From the NCBI GenBank assembly GCA_963821635.1, contig CAWGEP010000001.1:613157-677156 (forward strand): DNA of 64,000 nt. Reading direction: 5' to 3'. Of the stretch, positions 27,977 through 37,316 are shown piece by piece. The position numbers were made by a program, and so were the translations under genes. The stretch's first letter is position 1, and the number at the start of each line of letters is the position of its first letter. The notes beneath the pieces were generated by a model. The model was not told the origin of the DNA. It saw only the letters and a list, made by a program, of their open reading frames with translations, and made no database searches. This DNA is from an uncultured bacterium. Lineage in GTDB: Bacteria > Zixibacteria > MSB-5A5 > GN15 > FEB-12.

Positions 27977-28474
27977 CTATCCCCGCTTATACCCGATCTT
28001 CCGCAAAAACTCCACCCGCTCTTTCTTGTCCGTGTCCTTCTCTATTCCGAGCGGCGTCTCTCCATCGATCACCCCCATGATCCCACGCCCCTGTTCGGAT
28101 TCGGCGACTATCACCTGAAGCGGATTGGCCGTGGCACAGAAAATACAACAGACTTCCTGCACCTCTTTGACCCGGTTCAGAATATTCACCGGAAAGCCGT
28201 CCTTCATGTAAATGAAGAACGTGTGTCCCGCGCCGATCTCCTGGGCCGCTTTCTCCGCCAACTGGATTAATTCTGCATTGTTGCCATCGGAACGAATCAA
28301 CCGCTTGCCGGACGCTTCACAAAACGCAATCCCGAACTTGAGCGTCGGCGATGAACTCACCAGCGCTTCGTACACATCCTCGACCGTCTTGATAAAGTGT
28401 GACTGCCCGAATATGACATTGGTCCCGTCCGGGACCGGCACCCGGAAGATCTTCAGCGATATTGTATCCGCCAT
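27977..28474 (-). CDS. Adenosine-specific kinase family protein (PF04008-like)
   Basis: ORF 27977..28636. I trimmed the start to the ATG at 28474, which follows GAGGTG. The 165-aa product reads [39 protein letters not shown]...GIAFCEASG...[20 protein letters not shown]. Confidence 0.75.
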   Translation of the reverse strand: MADTISLKIFRVPVPDGTNVIFGQSHFIKTVEDVYEALVSSSPTLKFGIAFCEASGKRLIRSDGNNAELIQLAEKAAQEIGAGHTFFIYMKDGFPVNILNRVKEVQEVCCIFCATANPLQVIVAESEQGRGIMGVIDGETPLGIEKDTDKKERVEFLRKIGYKRG

Positions 28475-28532
28475 ATGCACCTCGTGAATGTACGAGAATT
28501 TAATTTGGCGCCTGATCGGACAGCCAGACTCA

Positions 28533-29345
28533 TTATTGATCCTTTTGCGGTCTATCCGATAGAAACAGACTTTCGCTGATCCCGGTATTGATGATCGGAC
28601 TCCGGTAATACTCCGCCCCCTGGACCTTGACTCCAATCACCCACATCGCCTTGGCCTTGAATTGAATATCAAACTCCGTCGGGAACCATTGGCCGGCGGA
28701 ATTCGGTTGATAACTCAGCGCCATGTGAAATTCGCTCATCTTGAACATCGCCCGGTGCACCAGCTTCGAGGGTGAAAAATCAAGTCTGACGAGGTGCAGC
28801 CCCTGGGCTTCAAAATAGTAATCCCCATTAATCAGGCTGTCCGCCGGCTCCTTGGCAGTGACGACAAAATGATGGCAGCTCCGTCCGTTTACCTGCTCCG
28901 CCGCGATCCCCTTGTACTCAATGTTGTACAGTTCTCGTCGCCCCGGCGTGAAGGCTCTTAAGATCGGGAACGAAATATCCAGCGCTCCGCGCCTTCGTTT
29001 CTTTTCCTTTCGATCCGCGGATTCTTTCCTCAGATCATCCTGACTCTTAAGCTTCCCCTCCTCAAAGTATTGCAGGAACTCCTCGTGGTACCACGAAGTA
29101 TCCGGAAAATTCTTGATATAGATTCTCTTGACCAGGCGGACTTTCTCTTTGGAGTCGGTGCTGTCACCCGTCTCTTTTTCGATATACTCGGCGTCGAAAA
29201 TGACATCCTTGATTTGCGCCCGCTGCTCCTGGTCAACCGCCAGAATTTGCGCTACGAGGGAGTCAGGGTTGGTCTCCGCGCACAGGCGTGAATGAAACAT
29301 GGCCAGCGGAATCAAAAGCAAGATCAGATAACCAAATCGCCTCAC
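28533..29345 (-). CDS. LolA-like outer-membrane lipoprotein-sorting family protein
   Basis: It has a signal peptide and overall similarity to the LolA_like/DUF4292-type fold, judged from memory. The GTG start overlaps the stop of the upstream gene (GTGA). Confidence 0.6.
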   Translation of the reverse strand: MRRFGYLILLLIPLAMFHSRLCAETNPDSLVAQILAVDQEQRAQIKDVIFDAEYIEKETGDSTDSKEKVRLVKRIYIKNFPDTSWYHEEFLQYFEEGKLKSQDDLRKESADRKEKKRRRGALDISFPILRAFTPGRRELYNIEYKGIAAEQVNGRSCHHFVVTAKEPADSLINGDYYFEAQGLHLVRLDFSPSKLVHRAMFKMSEFHMALSYQPNSAGQWFPTEFDIQFKAKAMWVIGVKVQGAEYYRSPIINTGISESLFLSDRPQKDQ

Positions 29346-31342
29346 AGCTTGCCGTCCTCAATCGTAATCTGCTGAATCGTATCCCCACGGACGATCTGTT
29401 CCGCCACCTCCATACCCGAGGTGACCTGGCCGAACACGGTATACCGTGCGTTCAGGTGCGGCTGCGGCGAGAGAGTGATGAAGAACTGTGACCCGCCGGT
29501 ATCCTTTCCCGAGGTGGCAATGCCGACCGTCCCTTTGGCAAACGGCTCCTCTGAATATTCGCACCGGATGTAGTATCCCGGCCCGCCCCAGCCATCGCCG
29601 CGCGGATCCCCCCCTTGGATCACGAAATTCGGAACGACGCGATGGAATATGAGCCCGCTGTAGAATCCTGACTTGACCAGCGAAATGAAATTCAGGACCG
29701 TCAGCGGCGCCTGGTCGAAATACAGTTCGAGCCTGATCTTGCCCCGGTTGGTAATAATATCGGCGAGCGGATTTGCGGCGTATCGCCCGAGGGCACTCCG
29801 AATATCCTTTTCGCTGAGGCGCGTCTCGGCCGGCGGAACCAGTTTCCATTTATCTTCATGCAGTACTGATTCATACACCTGGGCCGCCGAACGCCGCACG
29901 ATATAACTCTTGTCCAGCAGGCCGTCGATCAGGATTCTGACCAAACTGCTGTCATGCCCCATCACGGCAAAGAAGTCCGGCAGGGCATCGATAATCGCTC
30001 TCCGGACATCCGGCTCAACATCCTTGGGCTTCTTCAGAATCGCCGCAAGGTTCGGCACATATTTGACCAGTTTCTTTTCCTGAATTTTGGCGATCGCCTG
30101 GGCCTGCAGCACAAAATCGCTGTCGTTGAGCGCCTTGGTGATATAGAAATCCAGGTTGGTGGAATCCAAAGCGGTTAACACATCAAACGACGCCGAGCGG
30201 ACCTGAGGCGAGGCATCACTGAACAGTCCCGCCACCCGTGGCACCACCAGCGGCTGTTCCATCATACCGTACGCCTCGGCACAGGCCGCTCGCACGCGCG
30301 CCGAGGGCTTGGTCAGCAGAATTGAATCGAGCAGATTGACCGCGCGATCCTTCTGCGTGGTTGCATAGAAGCGCAGACATGATGCCAGTACATTGGGGGA
30401 GATGCCCGGTTCGAGATAGGTGTTGATCATATCGGTGGCCGGGAGATAGTTCGCCTTTTGAAGCGCGTCAATCATCTCCGTTTGTACTTTCTCATCCCGG
30501 ACTTGCGGCAGCCGGCGATAGATATACCGGGCTGCTTCGACCGATCTCTTGGCGCCTAGTCCCGCCACTGCCTGCGCTTCAACCCCCGGATCGACATCGT
30601 TGAGTCCGATGGCCAGATATTGCAAGGCCGAGGGATCATGCGAGGCGCTCAATCCTCGAATGGAAAGGGACCGCACATACGGATCGGCGTCAGCCAGATT
30701 GCGGAAATAAACCGAGGTCGCTTCCCCTACTCCGAGCCGGGCCAGCGTAAACAAGGCCGCCCGCTGCACCATCGTGTCCTGTTCCGTGGAGAGCAGATCA
30801 ATTAGCGCCAGAGACTGTCCTTTCCCCTTGGCGTAGAACAGGGCATAGCAGGCCGCCTCACGCACTGCTGGTGACCCATTTGTCATGAACGAGGTCAGTC
30901 GGCTGGGGAAATCGGTCTGCGAGGAATCGGCGAGACGTCCTGCCGAGAGAACAGCATTAGCCGCTACGGCGCCCGGAAGTTCATCGGCTTGCTGCAACAA
31001 TCGTTGCGCGTACCCTTTGGCGCCGGTTAACCCGATTGCGAAAGCGGCCGTGGAAGCGACATCTAGCGACGTATCCTTAATCAGATTAAGAAGAAGTTCC
31101 GCGCTCTTGTCTCCGCCAATGCGGCCGACCGCCAGGGCCGCCCGTTCCCGAATCTGGAGCGAATCATCTTTGAGACAGCTCTGCAACCGGCTGGTCAGAA
31201 CCCGTGTGTCTTCATCGTGAATTATCCCCGCCAGCTTCTCCACCGCCGTGCGTCCGCGGAGATTGTCATACAATAGATAGGCCACCACCGCCACGGCGAT
31301 AACCAGAATGACCATGAGAGCGCGTTTGAGAACCGGTTTCAT
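29342..31342 (-). CDS. Membrane-anchored HEAT-repeat protein fused to a cyclophilin-type peptidyl-prolyl isomerase
   Basis: It has an N-terminal transmembrane segment (ALMVILVIAVAVVAYLLY) followed by about 480 aa of HEAT/PBS-lyase-like repeats. The C-terminal FHRVVPNFVIQGGDPRGDGWGGPGY...GGSQFFITL is a cyclophilin core. Confidence 0.85.
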   Translation of the reverse strand: MKPVLKRALMVILVIAVAVVAYLLYDNLRGRTAVEKLAGIIHDEDTRVLTSRLQSCLKDDSLQIRERAALAVGRIGGDKSAELLLNLIKDTSLDVASTAAFAIGLTGAKGYAQRLLQQADELPGAVAANAVLSAGRLADSSQTDFPSRLTSFMTNGSPAVREAACYALFYAKGKGQSLALIDLLSTEQDTMVQRAALFTLARLGVGEATSVYFRNLADADPYVRSLSIRGLSASHDPSALQYLAIGLNDVDPGVEAQAVAGLGAKRSVEAARYIYRRLPQVRDEKVQTEMIDALQKANYLPATDMINTYLEPGISPNVLASCLRFYATTQKDRAVNLLDSILLTKPSARVRAACAEAYGMMEQPLVVPRVAGLFSDASPQVRSASFDVLTALDSTNLDFYITKALNDSDFVLQAQAIAKIQEKKLVKYVPNLAAILKKPKDVEPDVRRAIIDALPDFFAVMGHDSSLVRILIDGLLDKSYIVRRSAAQVYESVLHEDKWKLVPPAETRLSEKDIRSALGRYAANPLADIITNRGKIRLELYFDQAPLTVLNFISLVKSGFYSGLIFHRVVPNFVIQGGDPRGDGWGGPGYYIRCEYSEEPFAKGTVGIATSGKDTGGSQFFITLSPQPHLNARYTVFGQVTSGMEVAEQIVRGDTIQQITIEDGKL

Positions 31343-31418
31343 ACGGAGTGCTGAATCTAGTGATGAAGAGCTTGCCGGTCAATCATTTAACCCGGTCCTT
31401 GAGAGACTGAAAGCAGGC

Positions 31419-31449
31419 AAAAAAGAACCCTCGGTGGTCGGCCGAGGGT
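31419..31449 (-). terminator. Rho-independent terminator-like hairpin about 77 nt upstream of the HEAT-cyclophilin start codon
   Basis: On the minus strand: ACCCTCGG, loop ccgacca, CCGAGGGT, then TCTTTTTTG. Confidence 0.7.
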
Positions 31450-31732
31450 GTTGGTCTAACAATCCGGCATTTTCTTTCTATTAAATGCCGGAGTACCTAA
31501 GAGCAAAGCTTGTGCCGACCAATCCGTCTCAGGCCTACCGCTCCCCCGCCGTTGTAATGACTTATTGTCCAACATCTTGAGTCTGCGCCACAACCGCCCC
31601 CTGTGCAACCCTGTTCATTTAATGAACAGCCATTTACCGAGATTTCCCATTTTCACCCGCTGTGTGTGCAGCGCACCGGCAATATCCAAATTCTGCCCGC
31701 AGGTAAGGTCGCGAGTCACTCCGATCCCGGAA

Positions 31733-31769
31733 TCAAAAGAAAACCCCGCGGCCACGGTACCGCGGGGTT
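31733..31769 (-). terminator. Rho-independent terminator of the TonB-dependent receptor/HmuY-like operon
   Basis: On the minus strand: AACCCCGCGG, loop taccgtgg, CCGCGGGGTT, then TTCTTTTG. It lies 27 nt after the stop at 31796. Confidence 0.9.
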
Positions 31770-31795
31770 CATTTGGGCGCACCCTTAATCACCCA

Positions 31796-32869
31796 CTAGA
31801 TTTGCTTCCAGTAGATTATGTAATCCGCAGATACCGGCGCACCGGCGACGTTCGCGTAGTATGAGAATATCTGGATCTTGTAGAGTTTCCCTTTGGTCTC
31901 GATCAAATAGACCAGGTTCTTCGATGTCAGGATGTGAGTCGCTTCATTGTAGTTGTACCAGCCGCTGAAAATGGAACTGGCCGCATCCGGAAAGAGCGGC
32001 GCCGCGGCCTGCCCGGCATACACATCTTTGACTGTATCGATATTGGTCGGATCGGTAATGAACTCAAACGCGTAGAACGCCGCCGCCTGGCCCAATGGTC
32101 CGTTCGGGCCGCTGTTCTGACCGATATTGTAATTGCTGAACATCAGATCCCAAGCCGTTGAGGCCGTCGGATAGGCCGGGGTCACCACTCCGCCGGTGGC
32201 AAAACTGAAATACACCGTATTACTTCCGACCGGAATCACCACCTGAGTGGTCGGTCCCGATAGCGTTTTCGAATCGGCCGTCGGGTTGTAGTAGTACGTC
32301 ATGTAGACCGTCCCCATATTCGGCGGCATACCCGGATTCACCAGCGAGTCGATGCGGAACTTGATGTAATGATGCCCGGTGGCGTCATTCATGGTGTACA
32401 CGTTCCGGTTGTTGGTTAACTGGTGCGTCACAATATTGTAGTTGTACCAGTTGTTGATGAAATACGCGATCGCATCTGTGGACCAGGCTTTCCCAACCGT
32501 GTCAGCCGCCGTCACCGCAGCGAAATTGGTGCTGGTCAGAGCCATTCCCTGCAGATTGCCGCCGCTGATCGAAATCCCGCTGTTGGTCTTGAATTCGGTC
32601 CGCTCAATCCCGATATCCCAAAGCGAGTCGCTTCCGCCCGGAATCACCGTGTCCTTCTTGGCAAAAGAATAATATGCCGGAGTGGTGTAACTTGAGGCGT
32701 TCACCGTCGCAATCCAATATGTGCCGGTGCTGTCCGGCACCGTCGTAGCCGTCCCTTGCGGGGGCGGCGGGGGATTGGTCGTGGATACCGGATTGCTGCT
32801 CGAGGAACATCCCGCGATCGCCATCATCATCAGGGCCAGCATCAGCATCAGCGCATGTCGTGTAGTCAT
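31796..32869 (-). CDS. HmuY-like lipoprotein with internal duplication (two HmuY-like modules)
   Basis: It has a lipobox (MMMAIAGCSSS). The two halves align: YYSFA..WDIGIERTEFKTNSG..NNWYNYNIVTHQLTNNRNVY..HYIKFRIDS versus YFSFA..WDLMFSNYNIGQNSG..SGWYNYNEATHILTSKNLVY..LYKIQIFS. I prefer the ATG at 32869 because it follows GGAAGGA; the ORF track starts at 32881. Confidence 0.75.
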   Translation of the reverse strand: MTTRHALMLMLALMMMAIAGCSSSSNPVSTTNPPPPPQGTATTVPDSTGTYWIATVNASSYTTPAYYSFAKKDTVIPGGSDSLWDIGIERTEFKTNSGISISGGNLQGMALTSTNFAAVTAADTVGKAWSTDAIAYFINNWYNYNIVTHQLTNNRNVYTMNDATGHHYIKFRIDSLVNPGMPPNMGTVYMTYYYNPTADSKTLSGPTTQVVIPVGSNTVYFSFATGGVVTPAYPTASTAWDLMFSNYNIGQNSGPNGPLGQAAAFYAFEFITDPTNIDTVKDVYAGQAAAPLFPDAASSIFSGWYNYNEATHILTSKNLVYLIETKGKLYKIQIFSYYANVAGAPVSADYIIYWKQI

Positions 32870-32884
32870 ATGTCCTTCCATCGT

Positions 32885-35119
32885 TTATCGTTTATTCATT
32901 GACCGAAGATTGAGATCGAACTTGTACCCGGCATAAACCGAGAATCCCGGACCGTAATAGTATTCTGCGTTTCGCTCGTTGAGCAGGTTTTCCATCCGAA
33001 TTTGAAATTCCCCGCCCCACAGCTTCTTCATCAGCGAGAGATTTATCGTCGTGTGGTGTGGCGCGTAGATCGTCGGGCCCCCTTCGTTTCCCCCCGTGTT
33101 GGTTACCGGCACGAATACCTTGTTGGACTCGTATGTTCCCCAGAGCGTCGCCCCGATCCCCTTCTTGTCAGAGTGCGTGTTGAGAAACAGCTTCACGGTA
33201 TGGTCCGGAACATTTCTAAGTTTTTGATGCGGGATATCCGAGAGATCGCGCGTAAACAGATAGTCGTAGCTGAAAGAAAAATCCACCGACGGCGTCACTT
33301 TGACCCGCGATTCCCACTCCACTCCTTCGGTGATCGCCCGCTGGACATTCTGGTAGACATACACGCCGTTGGTATAGGCGGTGCCGGGCGGAAAGCCGAC
33401 CAGCATGAACTGGATGAGGTTTTCCAGATGATTGTAGAAATAGGTGATCCGGTGCATGCCGATCGAGCCGTACGATATTTCGGCCGAAACCGAGCTGTTG
33501 ATCGAGGTCTCCGGCTCAAGCGGCTTGAACGTCAGCCCGTTCCGCATCGAATCCGGGATCGGCACATACCCGCCATAGACGATATAGCCGGCCGAACTAT
33601 GATCGAAAATGAAATACTCTTCTTTGAGCGATGGCGCCCGGAATCCCTGCGCAATCGAGCCGCGGAATTTGAGCCCTTCCGATGGCTGAACCATCAGGTT
33701 GAACGACGGATCTACTTTCTGCCCGAACGACTGGTGGTTCTCGTAACGAACCCCCGGAAGAACCGTCACCCCTTTGACCGGCGTGTATTCATAGGACAGA
33801 TAGGCGTCCCCTGATTGATCTGACTTATCGTCCTGGAACAGTTCTTTGGACTTGAGCCCGGCATATTCGTAATCGCCGCCATACGTAATCACGTGGTTAT
33901 GCCCGATCACATAGTTGGAACTGTAGGCCACTTCGTAATACCGGTCGGTTGTTATGGAAGTATCAATCCAGTTGGTGTGGCTGGTGTCCCACTTCTGGAA
34001 ATTGTGATTGTAAAAAGTCGTGAAGACCCGAAGCTTCATCGAGTACTTGTCCCCCGAAAGGTAATCAAGGGTGGCGGCCCCTTCATATCGGTGATTCCGT
34101 TCGATATCGGCGTAATTGAACAGAAGCGGCCCCACCGGCTGGTCCTCGAACCAGTTAAGCTGCTCATCCATGTACCGTCCGTCCATCGTAACCTTCCACC
34201 GGGGCGAAAACTGATGGGTCAGCTTGGCATCTAGATTCCCGCGATTGACTTTGTCTCCGCCCTGGGTGCTCAAGGTGCTGGGGTCAAGATCGTACCCGTC
34301 GGTGCGATAGAATTTCCCCCCCAATGTCAGGCCGGTATTGTTGTTCGCAAAGTTCAGCTGAAGGGTCGGGTTGATGCTCCGCTGGGAACCGTAATCCACG
34401 TATAAGTCGGCCGTCCGAGTATCCGGCTCCGGCTTCTTGGTGATGATGTTGATCACGCCTCCCATGGCGTCGGAACCGTAAAGAGTTGATCCGGTCCCCT
34501 TGACGATCTCTATTTTGTCGACGTTGGAAAGAGAGTATTGCCCCAGATCGATATTGCCGTTCACTCTGCCGACCTGGCGCTCGCCGTCGACTAATATGAG
34601 GACCTGGTCCCCCTGGATGCCGCGAATCGCCGCGCTCTGGCTGACGAAATCCTTGTTGATCTGGATTCCGATCGAGGAACTCAGCGCCTGGTCCACCGAT
34701 TTCGCGCCGACATGTTGAAAATCGGTCTGGCTGACCACTTCCGTCTGGACCGGCACATCTTTCAGCAGATGCGGCGACCGGGTTCCAGTCACTACGACAT
34801 CATTCAGTACCCAGGCCGAAGCTTTTAAATGAATATCAACCGACTGGGCGCCGTGAAGAGCCACCGCAATCGTGTCGCTTCGTTCGTAGGCGATATGCGT
34901 CACGATCAGGTGATAGGTGGAATCAGGGAGATTCTTGAAACTGAACTCCCCCTTCTTGTTCGAAGCGGCCACTTTGCCGGTTTCTAAGATCCGAACATTC
35001 GCATCTTTGATCAGATTATCCGTCTCGGATTCCATCACCCGGCCGGACAATTCTCCCGCCCGCACCGAGAATCCAAGCGCTGAACAGAGAGCTGCGATTG
35101 TCAGAATTCTGCTTCTCAT
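32885..35119 (-). CDS. TonB-dependent outer-membrane receptor (HmuR/BtuB-like) with carboxypeptidase-regulatory-like N-terminal domain
   Basis: 744 aa with a signal peptide and a plug region (VVVTGTRSPHLLKDVPVQTEVV..IRGIQGDQVLILVDG). The beta-barrel ends ..YAGYKF-like. An HmuY-like gene is adjacent. Confidence 0.9.
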   Translation of the reverse strand: MRSRILTIAALCSALGFSVRAGELSGRVMESETDNLIKDANVRILETGKVAASNKKGEFSFKNLPDSTYHLIVTHIAYERSDTIAVALHGAQSVDIHLKASAWVLNDVVVTGTRSPHLLKDVPVQTEVVSQTDFQHVGAKSVDQALSSSIGIQINKDFVSQSAAIRGIQGDQVLILVDGERQVGRVNGNIDLGQYSLSNVDKIEIVKGTGSTLYGSDAMGGVINIITKKPEPDTRTADLYVDYGSQRSINPTLQLNFANNNTGLTLGGKFYRTDGYDLDPSTLSTQGGDKVNRGNLDAKLTHQFSPRWKVTMDGRYMDEQLNWFEDQPVGPLLFNYADIERNHRYEGAATLDYLSGDKYSMKLRVFTTFYNHNFQKWDTSHTNWIDTSITTDRYYEVAYSSNYVIGHNHVITYGGDYEYAGLKSKELFQDDKSDQSGDAYLSYEYTPVKGVTVLPGVRYENHQSFGQKVDPSFNLMVQPSEGLKFRGSIAQGFRAPSLKEEYFIFDHSSAGYIVYGGYVPIPDSMRNGLTFKPLEPETSINSSVSAEISYGSIGMHRITYFYNHLENLIQFMLVGFPPGTAYTNGVYVYQNVQRAITEGVEWESRVKVTPSVDFSFSYDYLFTRDLSDIPHQKLRNVPDHTVKLFLNTHSDKKGIGATLWGTYESNKVFVPVTNTGGNEGGPTIYAPHHTTINLSLMKKLWGGEFQIRMENLLNERNAEYYYGPGFSVYAGYKFDLNLRSMNKR

Positions 35120-35225
35120 ATTTTGGCCGTCATCTCTTCTTCGTCACCACAACAGCGGCCAAATTAGTCTAGTCCCCACTTATTTTGTCATATTTCTGTC
35201 ATGGAAGTAGAGTACAAGACGATTT

Positions 35226-35243
35226 TTGTGATATTTATCACAA
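35226..35243. promoter_or_regulatory. Perfect 18-bp palindrome TTGTGATATTTATCACAA (TGTGA-N6-TCACA, CRP/FNR-type half-sites)
   Basis: Read directly. It lies in the AT-rich ilvC/TonB-dependent-receptor intergenic region, about 110 nt upstream of the receptor start codon. Confidence 0.5.
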
Positions 35244-35324
35244 TATTTTCTAACTCCTTGCAACATGGAGGAGTTGACCTAAAATATACAGACTTGTAAT
35301 GATTGATTTAACGGAGAAATAAAG

Positions 35325-36275
35325 TCAAGATTGTTTGAATTTGCGCGCTGCTTTCTCGAGCGATTTTCGACTTAATTGGACCACATTCTGATCGATTTGC
35401 GCGATCTGTTTCTGATTCAGCTCATTCAACTTGCGCGGGAATTTTCCCGAATCTATCTCCCGAAAGATCTCGCGCATCCGAGCTTTCACTCGCTTGTCTA
35501 TGACCTTCGGCCCGGACAAAATTGAACCAAACCGCGCCGCCACGGATATTCTTCTCAACATCCCCTCGATTCCGAAATTCTTGATCAGCGCGATTATCAG
35601 ATCCAGCTGGTACGCGACCTCGAGATAGGCGTGTTCCGGTTTCAGGCCCTGCTCGACTAGAACATCGTACCCGGTCCGAATCAACATCGCCATTCCCCCA
35701 CACAAAACCGCCTGTTCTCCGAACAGATCCCCCACCGACTCATTCCGTGCCGTCGTCTTGATAAGTCGTTTCTTCTCGAATCCAATTCCAATTGCCAGCG
35801 AGTAAAGAGTTCGAAGCCCCCTCCCGGTTGCATTCTGCTCGACCGAATAGAAGGCCGAGATCGACCGATCGGTCAGGAATTTCTCCCGCACCGCCATCCC
35901 GGGCGCGTGCGGCGCGATCATGATCACATCGCGGTCGCACGGCGGTTTGACAAAGCCAAACGCCAGCGAAGTTCCGTGCAGAAACAGCAGAGTCGCGCCC
36001 GGTTTCAGATACGGCCCGATTTCCTTCTGGTATACCCGGCCATGCAAATGATCTGGAAAAGCAAAGCAGATGACCTCCCCTTGCGCCACCGCCTCGCGCA
36101 CCGACATGACCTGACTAATTTTGTCAGACTTCGCGAGCTTTTTCGATTTGGACCCGGTCCGAAGCCCGACTATCACCTCGAATCCTGAATCCCGCAAATT
36201 CAGCGCAATCGCTCTTCCCTGCGAGCCATACCCGATCACCGCCACGCGCTTTTTGGCTTTTCCTTTGGAGTTCAT
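35325..36275 (-). CDS. ilvC: Ketol-acid reductoisomerase (class I)
   Basis: VAVIGYGSQGRAIALNLRDSG is the NADP-binding motif, and the whole 316-aa sequence is family-typical. Confidence 0.9.
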   Translation of the reverse strand: MNSKGKAKKRVAVIGYGSQGRAIALNLRDSGFEVIVGLRTGSKSKKLAKSDKISQVMSVREAVAQGEVICFAFPDHLHGRVYQKEIGPYLKPGATLLFLHGTSLAFGFVKPPCDRDVIMIAPHAPGMAVREKFLTDRSISAFYSVEQNATGRGLRTLYSLAIGIGFEKKRLIKTTARNESVGDLFGEQAVLCGGMAMLIRTGYDVLVEQGLKPEHAYLEVAYQLDLIIALIKNFGIEGMLRRISVAARFGSILSGPKVIDKRVKARMREIFREIDSGKFPRKLNELNQKQIAQIDQNVVQLSRKSLEKAARKFKQS

Positions 36276-36329
36276 TGGTGTAATATAGCCGCACGACGTT
36301 GCTTTGCCAACCGGGACGTCGGCCGACTC

Positions 36330-37208
36330 ATGGATGCACTGCAGGAATCAATCATTCGTCTGGTCAAAGATGCCCTCAAGGAAGACGTCGGTCGCGGCGA
36401 CCTGACCTCGATCGCCTGCCTTGAACCGAATCCGCTGAAAGCACGGATAATCGCCAAGTCCTCCGGCGTCCTTTCCGGTCTCCGGCCGATGCTCTGTGTC
36501 TTCGAGATTGTCGACTCTGCCAACAAAGTGACGCCGCTGCTGGCCGATGGCAATCATTTTAGGTCCGGCGACACAATAGTCGAAATCGACGGCTTTAATC
36601 AAACCATCCTGGCCGCCGAGCGGGTTGCCCTCAATTTTCTCGCGCACCTCAGCGGAATTGCAACCCTCACTAATCATTTCGTTAAAAGAGTCGAGGGGAC
36701 CAACTGCCAGATTCTTGACACCCGCAAAACCACCCCCGGTTGGCGTCATCTGGAAAAGATGGCGGTCGTTCACGGCGGCGGGGTCAATCACCGGATCGGC
36801 CTGTATGACATGATCTTGATCAAAGACAACCACATTGCCAGTTCCGGATCGATCAAATCGGCAGTCGCCCTGGCCCGTGAGTTTCTCGCCACCCGCGATT
36901 TCCGCACCCAGTTCCAGACCGAAGCTGACAAGATTCTTATAGAAGTCGAAGTCACTAACGAAGTTCAGCTGACTGAAGCGATTGAATCCCGCACCGACCG
37001 CCTGCTTCTGGACAACCAGTCTCCCGATGCGCTAAAGCGCCTGGTCGCACTGGCCCGCAAACTGAATCCGGCGGTGAAGCTCGAAGCTTCCGGTAATGTC
37101 AATCTCGACACGGTCGCCGCGATCGCGGCGACTGGAGTTGATTTCATTTCGATAGGGGCTTTGACCCACTCCGCCCCGGCGTGTGATTTTTCGCTGAAAG
37201 CGCTGTGA
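36330..37208 (+). CDS. nadC: Nicotinate-nucleotide diphosphorylase (carboxylating)
   Basis: LKEDVGRGDLTS, RKTTPGWR, DMILIKDNH and the C-terminal ISIGALTHS motif are present. Confidence 0.9.
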   Translation: MDALQESIIRLVKDALKEDVGRGDLTSIACLEPNPLKARIIAKSSGVLSGLRPMLCVFEIVDSANKVTPLLADGNHFRSGDTIVEIDGFNQTILAAERVALNFLAHLSGIATLTNHFVKRVEGTNCQILDTRKTTPGWRHLEKMAVVHGGGVNHRIGLYDMILIKDNHIASSGSIKSAVALAREFLATRDFRTQFQTEADKILIEVEVTNEVQLTEAIESRTDRLLLDNQSPDALKRLVALARKLNPAVKLEASGNVNLDTVAAIAATGVDFISIGALTHSAPACDFSLKAL

Positions 37209-37316
37209 TGTGGGCGAAGCTCAGCGGCCTCGGTCCAGGCGACTGAGATATGCTGTCTTGCGTTTGGCTCGTGGCCATCCAAAACTGATCATTGGTTTTC
37301 GAGTATAGCAAAGACT

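Noticed and set aside
35120-35324. Cobalamin riboswitch or Fur box upstream of the second TonB-dependent receptor
   Set aside because: There is no B12 box (GCCACTG-type core) or other conserved riboswitch blocks, and no Fur-box-like 19-mer. Only the CRP-type palindrome is present.
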